Notes under the pieces: model-generated
Databases searched by the model: none
What the model was told of the DNA's origin: nothing
Seen by the model: only the letters and a program-made list of their open reading frames with translations
Shown: positions 17,336 through 24,152 of the stretch, piece after piece
Layout: every line of letters starts with the position of its first letter
Position numbering within the stretch: position 1 is the stretch's first letter
Position numbers and translations under genes: made by a program
DNA from: an uncultured bacterium
GTDB taxonomy: Bacteria; Hydrothermota; Tepidihabitantia; Tepidihabitantales; Tepidihabitantaceae
Reading direction: 5' to 3'
NCBI GenBank assembly: GCA_937139435.1
Contig: CAKZPX010000194.1
Coordinates: 1-24,152, forward strand
Length of the DNA stretch: 24,152 bases

Positions 17336-18496
17336 TTATCCCTCACCAATCGTAGTGAACTCATCCTCCCGGAAGGTGGTCAGGGGCAAAGGTTCTTCAA
17401 GCGCGCGCCCGGAAAGGTAGCCAAATGCGTTCTGGGCGTTGCGTGATACCTTTTTAAACAGGACGCTTAATCCGATACTTACCGGACAGGAGTCTTCGCA
17501 AATTCCGCACTGAACACAGGAGGTCATCATGTGGTTCATCCGGGTAATGTGGAAAAGCAGGGTACCAGATGGCATCCGCACCATGCCTTTACTCCGGGAG
17601 AACCGGACAAACTCATCCTGGTTCCGGTTGAGGGCATCAGATTCAAAGAAACATTCCCGACAGTAACATACCGGACACACCTTCATACAGTTGTGACAGT
17701 TAAGGCAGTCCGCAAAATATCGGACAACATTCTCCGCGCCCAGCAACCGCTCATCCAGTTCCCTGATTTGTGTCCGGATCGCCTCCTCCCGTGCCCGGCG
17801 CAGTTTGTTAATAAACTCCACCCGCGCTGCCGGTTCATCCTGCCGTGGCTCTAATGGAACAGGAAAGGTCGGGGCAAGGAGCACGGCACCCTTTTCACCG
17901 GCGGTGATGACCAGGAGTTCCTCATCCGGATTCATACCAAGGAATCCAAACATAATGTCAAATACAAGTGGCGCGGGAAATTCACAGAGCTGGCAGGCAT
18001 GACGCAGACGGCTGTCACTGGTATAGGCATCCTGGTTTCTAATAAAGTTGTTATTAAAATCAGAAGCGCCTTCAGCGATCTGGAGGAACTGCGCGGTTTT
18101 GTAGGTTCCAGGACAGTCAATACCAACCAAAACTATCCCATCAAGTGACACCTGTTGCAGTTTAACCAGTTCCACTACCGCCCTTAATTCACAGGGACGC
18201 AGCAGAACGCCAATCTTTGATTTCGCACCCGGGTCCGGAGCAATTTCCGCGATGATTCCTGCTCCATTTATCCCCATAGCGGGCAAAAGCGGTGCGGTCG
18301 CCATTATCTTTTCTGGCGCCGATACAAGCGAGCGGGTTACCGCACCGGTCTTTGATATTGCCGGGACTAAAATGGCATCCAGTTTTTTCTCTTCCAGCCA
18401 GTGGGCAAAAACCTTTTTGAGCGTTGCCTCGGGATCGCTCCCCGGCACCGCCAATTCATAGATTGTCCTGGAACCTGTCTTTACTGTACCATCCAC
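17336..18496 (-). CDS. FdhB/FrhB-family (FlxC-like) iron-sulfur protein, about 386 aa
   Basis: Start moved to GTG 18496 (GGAGG SD, 1 nt after mvhD stop). LRPCELRA, GIDC, RHACQLC, CLNCHNCMKVCPVCYCREC, CVQCGICEDSCP. Confidence 0.8.
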   Translation of the reverse strand: MDGTVKTGSRTIYELAVPGSDPEATLKKVFAHWLEEKKLDAILVPAISKTGAVTRSLVSAPEKIMATAPLLPAMGINGAGIIAEIAPDPGAKSKIGVLLRPCELRAVVELVKLQQVSLDGIVLVGIDCPGTYKTAQFLQIAEGASDFNNNFIRNQDAYTSDSRLRHACQLCEFPAPLVFDIMFGFLGMNPDEELLVITAGEKGAVLLAPTFPVPLEPRQDEPAARVEFINKLRRAREEAIRTQIRELDERLLGAENVVRYFADCLNCHNCMKVCPVCYCRECFFESDALNRNQDEFVRFSRSKGMVRMPSGTLLFHITRMNHMMTSCVQCGICEDSCPVSIGLSVLFKKVSRNAQNAFGYLSGRALEEPLPLTTFREDEFTTIGEG

Positions 18497-18497
18497 G

Positions 18498-18917
18498 CTA
18501 CACCTCCCAGAGGGTCTTGAACGGGCTCGGCCCTTTTTGCCGGAGTTTCTCGGTGAATTCGGTAACGGTGTCCGCAAACCTCTTGCCCTCGGCTGCTGAT
18601 ATCCAGCGCAAAAGCACCCGGTCAGTATCCAGCCCCAGTGACTCCATGATTGAGTTAAATAACACCATCCGCCGCCGGGTCTTGTAATTGCCGGAAACAT
18701 AATGGCAGTCACCAGGATGACAGCCACCAATGAACACCCCATCCGCTCCCTCCAAAAGCGCCCGGAGAATATAAACCGAATCCACCGCGCCGGAGCACAT
18801 CACCCGGATCGGACGCATATTGGGCGGATACTGCAGCCGGGAGGTTCCAGCAAGGTCAGCACCGGCATATGTACACCAGTTACACAGAAAGCCAATAATC
18901 TTCGGTTCATAAGCCAT
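18498..18917 (-). CDS. mvhD: MvhD/FlxD-type [2Fe-2S] subunit
   Basis: FLCNWCTYAGADLAG, RVMCSG, GCHPGDCHY, WISAAEG; ATG 18917 with AAGGAG SD. Confidence 0.96.
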   Translation of the reverse strand: MAYEPKIIGFLCNWCTYAGADLAGTSRLQYPPNMRPIRVMCSGAVDSVYILRALLEGADGVFIGGCHPGDCHYVSGNYKTRRRMVLFNSIMESLGLDTDRVLLRWISAAEGKRFADTVTEFTEKLRQKGPSPFKTLWEV

Positions 18918-18970
18918 AGCCGTGTCTCCTTTCAAAAAGGACGCCGATAATTTTTATAACTGTTCATCAA

Positions 18971-21900
18971 TTATAACCCTTCTTCAATCATCGTCAGCAA
19001 CTGCCGGGACTCAAAACCCTGAAGTTCAATGGCGCTGGACGGACAGGCAACCGCACAGGCACCGCACCCCTGACAGAGTACCGCCGTAACCTCGCTTTTG
19101 CCGGTCGCCGGATTAATCCGCGCCGCCTCGTACTGACAGATGCGCTCACACACACCACAGCCCGCACACCAGCGGGTATTAACCTTCGCCACCACCGCCT
19201 GGGTAGTAATCTGATTCTGGCTGATAATCTGCGTTGCCCGGGCAGAAGCTGCCAGTGCCTGGGCAATTGTCTCACTGACGAAGCGGGGGCTGTGACACAT
19301 CCCGGCCATAAATATCCCCGCAGTGTTGAAGTCAACCGGACGGAGTTTGGCATGCGCCTCCAGGAAGAAGCCGTCCTCGTTTAACGGCACCTTTAACAGT
19401 TTTGCCAGTTCCTCGTTGCCCGCATCCGGAACAACGCCAGTGGAAAGCACCAGAAGGTCAGGAACCACCACCACCGGTCGTCCGAGTACCGTGTCGTAAG
19501 CCCGGACATAAACCCGGTCGTCTGTCCGCTCCAACCGCAACTGGATTTTTTCATCATCGGGGTCAAAACGGATAAACATCACCCCTGCCTGTCGCGCCTT
19601 TTGATACAACCCCTCCCGGAACCCGTAGGTGCGGATGTCACGGTAGAAGATATAAACCTGACGCCTGGGATTTTCCATTTTTAGCCGGAGGGCATTTTTT
19701 ATCGCCTCGGTGCAACACACCCTTGAACAGTAAGGATGCTCAGCATTGCGTGAACCAACACACTGAATCATCGCTACGGTCTTGATATCCTGAAGGTTTT
19801 CTGGATGCCGTGCCAGTTCCTCTTCCAGTTCGGTCTGGGTTTTAACCATCGGGTCAACACCGTAAAAGAATTCCCTGGGCTCATACGCCTTTGCACCCAC
19901 CGCCACAACAAAGACGCCATGCTGTAATGACATTTCCTCCCCGTTATTAGCAAACCTGAGCGTGGTAGTATAGTTGCCAAGATAGCCGGACACGGCGGTA
20001 ATTCGGGCATTGGTATAAACCTTGATTAACGGCTCCGCCCGTACATCCCGCTCCAGACGGGCAAGTAATTCCGCACCAGAACGCTCCAGCACCGACCCAT
20101 CAAAGTAATCAACAACACTCTGAATCCGCCGGAGATAACCACCAAGTTCCTGTTCCCTCTCAATTAAAAATACCTCAAACCCCTGTCGGGCAATTGCCAG
20201 AGCCGAAGTCATTCCGGCAACACCACCACCGATAACCAGCGCCTTCTGTGTCACTGGCTGAAGAGATGTGGTGAGTGGTTTCAGGCGTCGGGCATTCGCC
20301 ACCGCCATTCGCACCAGTTCCTTCGCCTTTTCCGTTCCCTTTTCCGGCTCCTGCATATGCACCCAGGAACACTGGTCACGGATGTTCGCCATCGTGAACA
20401 GATGCGGGTTAAGTCCGGCTGCGGCAACCGTCTCCTGGAAAAGTGGCTCGTGGGTGCGGGGTGTGCAGGAGGCAACCACAACCCGGTTGAGTCGATACTC
20501 TTCAATAATCCGGCGCATCTTCTCCTGTGTATCCTGGGAACAGGTAAACAGATTCTCTTCCGCATACACAACATCAGGCAGGGTGCGAGCATATTCAACA
20601 ATCTCCGGCACGCTGAGGATTCCACCGATATTAATCCCGCAGTTACAGATAAATACACCGATGCGTGGCGGTTCGCCGGTCACATCCCGCTCCGGTGGCA
20701 GGGTTCTCCTGGTAACCAGCGTCCCCCGTGCCGGGGCAAGAAGCGTCGCTACGCCGGCGGCACAGGCGGTCGCCTCAGTCACAGTTTCCGGAATGTCCTT
20801 GGGTTCGGTAAGCACTCCACAGGCATAAATACCGGGTCGGGTCGTGGCAACCGGATAATCCGGATCAGTAAGGATAAACCCCAGAGAGTCGGTCTTAACC
20901 CCGAGCTGCTGGAGGAGTTCGGTAGTCTTCCTATCCGGCACCAGGGCGCTGGACAAAACAACAAGGTTGTAGGTCTCATCGTGCAGCGTGCCATCCTCAT
21001 CCTCGTAGGTCAGGAGCAGGTCGCCATTCTCCTGAGGCGTGACACGTGATATTCGGGAGCGCCGGTAGACCACGCCATACTCTTTGTGTGCCCGCTCGTA
21101 GTAACCCTCAAAACCCTTTCCAAAACAGCGCATGTCAATATAGTAGATATGGCAGTCAAGATCGCCACCGCAATGCTCTTTGGCGATCACCGCCTCCTTT
21201 GTTGCGAACATGCAGCAAACCGATGAGCAGTAATAGCGATCCTTGTTCCGGGAACCAACACACTGCACCCAGGCGATTTTCCTCGGTTGTGTTCTATCAC
21301 CGGGACGCAGGACATGACCCTGGTATGGTCCGGTTGCCGAGAGGATGCGCTCAAATTCTAAACTGGTAATTATATTCGGCTGCCTTCCATAAAGGTAATC
21401 CCACTCGCCCCTGGGTTTGTATTCAATAAAACCACCCGCTAAAACCACACCGCCAACTTTGATTTCAATCTCCTCCGGCTTATCGGTGTGCTCAATCGCC
21501 CCGGCTTCACAGGCAGCAACACACTGGAGACACTCGGAGCAAACCCCGCAGTCCAGACAGCGCTGGGCTTCCCTAACCGCCTGCTCTTCATCGTAGCCCA
21601 AACTTATCTCCGCCCACGCCGCATCACCAGTTGTTACCGCGCGCTCCCGCTTCGGCTCCGGTTCCCGGGGTCGCTGGATAATATCGCCCCGCCGCTGAGC
21701 GGCAGAGTCCTCCAGTTTCGCCGGTTCTGGTTTCTGTTCCGGACGCCCGGCACTTAAATCCGCACCGGAAAGGAAGCGGTCAATAGAAATTGCCGCCTCA
21801 TGACCGTGAGCCACCGCCTCAATTACCGATGCCGGTCCGGAAACCGCATCACCGCCAGCAAAGACACCAGTGAGTCCATTCACCTCTAATGTTACCGGGT

Positions 21901-23551
21901 CAACTTTAAAAGTTCCACCCGGTCCCCGCTCAATGCCATCAAACCCTTCACCAGCAACCTGCTGTCCGATGGCAAGAATAACGACATCAGCCGGTAACTG
22001 AGTTTTACATTCTGGATTAAACTGCGGGTTAAACCGTCCCTCCGCATCAAACACCTGGTAACACTCAATTAATTCTAAACCGGTTACCCGACCGTTATCG
22101 CCAACAATTTCTTTTGGACCGCGGGAGTTAACAATCTGAATACCATCGGCAAGCGCCTCTTCAATCTCCCATTCATGTGCCGGCATCTCATCCCGTTTCT
22201 CCAGACAGACCATTGTCACCTCACGGGCGCCCAACCGACGGGCACACATTGCGCAGTCCACCGCCACATTACCACCACCAATCACCACCACCCGCCGGGC
22301 ATTCTGCACCAGGGGCAAAGCGATCTCGGACACGCCCTCTCCCGCACCATTCTCCAGCGACTCATTAACCGACCGCAAAAACTCAATCCCGTGTAATACG
22401 CCCTTCAACTCCATCCCCGGGATGTTAATGGTTCTACTCCGATGCGCACCGACAGCCAGAAATACCGCATTAAACCCCTGTTCAAAAAGCCCTTTCAGCT
22501 CCGCAGTGGTATTTATTCGCACACCGGTCTTTAACTCTATCCCGGTGCTCAACAACGCGCTTATTTCCCGGTTCAAAACCGCTCTGGGCAACCGGTAGGC
22601 AGGAATCCCCCAGCGCATCATCCCCCCAGGTTTGTTACTCGCCTCCAGCACAGTAACCTGATACCCTTTCAACCGCAAGTCCAGGGCACAGGTTAACCCT
22701 GCTGGTCCAGCACCCACCACCGCCACCCGTTCCTTTCTCTCCTGTGCCGGTGTTGACCATCCTATCTCTCCACCCTCTCGCTCTATCCAGTCATCAAGAA
22801 ACCGCTTCAATGTCCTGATCGCCACCGGCTGGTCTACCTCCTGCCGGTTACATTTCTCCTCACAGGGGTGATGACACACCCTGCCACACACACCGACAAA
22901 CGGCAACCTTTCCTGCACCAGTTTATAGGCATCCTTAAACTTGCCCTGTCGGATCAGCGCCACATAACCCTGGGCATTTACACCTGCGGGGCAGGCGAGC
23001 CGACACTGTGCCCGCTTCCCGCTCTTATCAATCGCCACCGCATTAGGAATTGCCTGCGGATAAAGTTTATAAACCGCATTACGGGTTGATATCCCCTGAT
23101 TATAACTGTCCGGTACAACCACCGGGCAATTCTTCACACACTCCATACATCCGGTGCATTTATCCAGCAGCACATAACGCGGCTTCTGAAGAATCCGGAC
23201 AGAAAAATTCCCGGGTTCACCTTTCAACTCCAGCAACTCAGCATTGGTAATCAACTGAATGTTGGGATGCCTTCCCGCAGTAACCAGCTTGGGCGCCAGG
23301 ATGCACATTGAACAATCGTTCGTCGGAAATGTTTTGTCCAGCATCGCCATCGTCCCGCCAATCGCTGGCGAACGGTCAAGGAGAAATACCTTAAAACCGC
23401 TCTCAGCCAGTTCCAGGGCGCTCTGAATCCCGGCAATACCAGCACCAACCACCAGCACCGCACCGGTCACCGTGGCACCGGCAGCGGGTCGGGCATTGTT
23501 TCCAGAACCCGCAGTAGTGTGTTCGGTGCTATTTACCGCTTGCTCCTGCAC
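18971..23551 (-). CDS. hdrL: HdrL-type protein: double-FAD HdrA with an inserted GltD-like NAD(P)H oxidoreductase module (1526 aa)
   Basis: Colinear with 13643-16657 plus an insert with CRLACP...CGRVCHHPCEEKC, GAGPAGL, GGGNVAVDCA, FAGGD..SGP; GTG start, AGGAG SD overlapping the upstream stop. Confidence 0.88.
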   Translation of the reverse strand: MQEQAVNSTEHTTAGSGNNARPAAGATVTGAVLVVGAGIAGIQSALELAESGFKVFLLDRSPAIGGTMAMLDKTFPTNDCSMCILAPKLVTAGRHPNIQLITNAELLELKGEPGNFSVRILQKPRYVLLDKCTGCMECVKNCPVVVPDSYNQGISTRNAVYKLYPQAIPNAVAIDKSGKRAQCRLACPAGVNAQGYVALIRQGKFKDAYKLVQERLPFVGVCGRVCHHPCEEKCNRQEVDQPVAIRTLKRFLDDWIEREGGEIGWSTPAQERKERVAVVGAGPAGLTCALDLRLKGYQVTVLEASNKPGGMMRWGIPAYRLPRAVLNREISALLSTGIELKTGVRINTTAELKGLFEQGFNAVFLAVGAHRSRTINIPGMELKGVLHGIEFLRSVNESLENGAGEGVSEIALPLVQNARRVVVIGGGNVAVDCAMCARRLGAREVTMVCLEKRDEMPAHEWEIEEALADGIQIVNSRGPKEIVGDNGRVTGLELIECYQVFDAEGRFNPQFNPECKTQLPADVVILAIGQQVAGEGFDGIERGPGGTFKVDPVTLEVNGLTGVFAGGDAVSGPASVIEAVAHGHEAAISIDRFLSGADLSAGRPEQKPEPAKLEDSAAQRRGDIIQRPREPEPKRERAVTTGDAAWAEISLGYDEEQAVREAQRCLDCGVCSECLQCVAACEAGAIEHTDKPEEIEIKVGGVVLAGGFIEYKPRGEWDYLYGRQPNIITSLEFERILSATGPYQGHVLRPGDRTQPRKIAWVQCVGSRNKDRYYCSSVCCMFATKEAVIAKEHCGGDLDCHIYYIDMRCFGKGFEGYYERAHKEYGVVYRRSRISRVTPQENGDLLLTYEDEDGTLHDETYNLVVLSSALVPDRKTTELLQQLGVKTDSLGFILTDPDYPVATTRPGIYACGVLTEPKDIPETVTEATACAAGVATLLAPARGTLVTRRTLPPERDVTGEPPRIGVFICNCGINIGGILSVPEIVEYARTLPDVVYAEENLFTCSQDTQEKMRRIIEEYRLNRVVVASCTPRTHEPLFQETVAAAGLNPHLFTMANIRDQCSWVHMQEPEKGTEKAKELVRMAVANARRLKPLTTSLQPVTQKALVIGGGVAGMTSALAIARQGFEVFLIEREQELGGYLRRIQSVVDYFDGSVLERSGAELLARLERDVRAEPLIKVYTNARITAVSGYLGNYTTTLRFANNGEEMSLQHGVFVVAVGAKAYEPREFFYGVDPMVKTQTELEEELARHPENLQDIKTVAMIQCVGSRNAEHPYCSRVCCTEAIKNALRLKMENPRRQVYIFYRDIRTYGFREGLYQKARQAGVMFIRFDPDDEKIQLRLERTDDRVYVRAYDTVLGRPVVVVPDLLVLSTGVVPDAGNEELAKLLKVPLNEDGFFLEAHAKLRPVDFNTAGIFMAGMCHSPRFVSETIAQALAASARATQIISQNQITTQAVVAKVNTRWCAGCGVCERICQYEAARINPATGKSEVTAVLCQGCGACAVACPSSAIELQGFESRQLLTMIEEGL
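20357..20386. repeat. 30-bp exact repeat shared by the two large HdrA paralogues, copy 2
   Basis: Identical to 14999-15028. Confidence 0.9.
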
Positions 23552-23563
23552 TGTTACACTCCT

Positions 23564-24152
23564 TTAAGTATCTATCATCTTCAAAAGCGCCTCTTTTGTC
23601 CAATTCTTAACCGTTATCGCTCCGGAAGGACACGCTGCCGAACAGGCACCGCACCCCTCACAGAGCGCACTCTGCACCACCGCCTTACCCAGAACCGGGT
23701 CAACCTTCACCGCCTGATAGGCACAACTCCGCTCGCAGTTACCACAGGCGACGCAAACCTCCTCGTCAACCTGGGCAATCACCGGCTCGTGGAAAAGTTC
23801 GCTTACAGAAAACATCCCCAGAACCTTTGCCCCGGCGGCTGATGCCTGGGCAACCGTCTCCGGAATGTCTTTCGGTCCCTGCCCGGCACCGGCAAGGAAA
23901 AACCCGGCGGTCAGTGTCTCCACCGGTCGCAACTTCGGATGTGCCTCGGTTAAAAACCCGAAACTATCAACCGGTATTTTCAGCCGCCGGGCTAAACTTA
24001 CCCCGTCCGGACTCGGTACTATCGCTCCTGCTAGAACCACCATATCCGTTTCAATCTCCACCTTCTTCCCCGCCAGGGTATCACTCGCCCATACCACCAC
24101 CTTGTCACCGCGCCGGAAGATTTTTGAAACCTTTCCTCGCAGATAGGTTACC
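23564..24152 (-). CDS. hdrA: HdrA-family protein, C-terminal part (5' end outside the window)
   Basis: Frame is open to the window edge (VTYLRGKVSKIFRRGDKVVVW...); EAHPKLRPVET, GAGQGPKDIPETVAQAS, C-terminal 2x[4Fe-4S]. Confidence 0.92.
   Translation of the reverse strand, partial: VTYLRGKVSKIFRRGDKVVVWASDTLAGKKVEIETDMVVLAGAIVPSPDGVSLARRLKIPVDSFGFLTEAHPKLRPVETLTAGFFLAGAGQGPKDIPETVAQASAAGAKVLGMFSVSELFHEPVIAQVDEEVCVACGNCERSCAYQAVKVDPVLGKAVVQSALCEGCGACSAACPSGAITVKNWTKEALLKMIDT

Noticed and set aside
18497-18742. ORF-track extension of the FdhB-like gene
   Set aside because: Alternative frame of mvhD; GTG 18496 has a well spaced GGAGG.
14742-21049. Long plus-strand ORFs (14742-15191, 20268-20828, 20357-21049) that resemble each other
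   Set aside because: Antisense shadows of the conserved paralogous HdrA domain; the similarity is inherited from the sense genes.
13643-24152. Selenocysteine in HdrA or MvhD
   Set aside because: All frames are open without in-frame TGA and MvhD has Cys in CNWCTY.
1-24152. CRISPR arrays, IS elements, prophage genes
   Set aside because: No regularly spaced repeats, terminal inverted repeats, transposase or phage motifs seen.

Overview
Compact chromosomal region of an anaerobic, double-membrane bacterium (TonB receptor, LspA, Feo and Hdr genes; the lineage cannot be fixed from this window). There are no mobile elements or CRISPR arrays. Left to right: HD hydrolase-glyQ (minus); a dtxR-feoA-feoB-M23 peptidase operon behind two operator-like boxes; a cobalamin riboswitch-controlled BtuB-like receptor (minus); rimI; nitroreductase and tRNA-Arg(CCG); a probably leaderless DUF554 gene; an operon of a TackOD1-type Zn-ribbon/nuclease-fold protein, lspA, cysteine desulfurase and archease; and a >10 kb minus-strand heterodisulfide-reductase-like cluster (partial HdrA, HdrL, MvhD, FdhB/FlxC-like, tandem HdrC-like, double-FAD HdrA) that runs off the right edge. 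The best candidates for new biology are the three-HdrA cluster with its duplicated HdrC-like subunit carrying Cys-to-His changes in both repeats, and the receiver-less TackOD1 plus degenerate-nuclease protein heading an operon that ends in an archease with no RtcB beside it. All family calls are by motif recognition; no searches were run.
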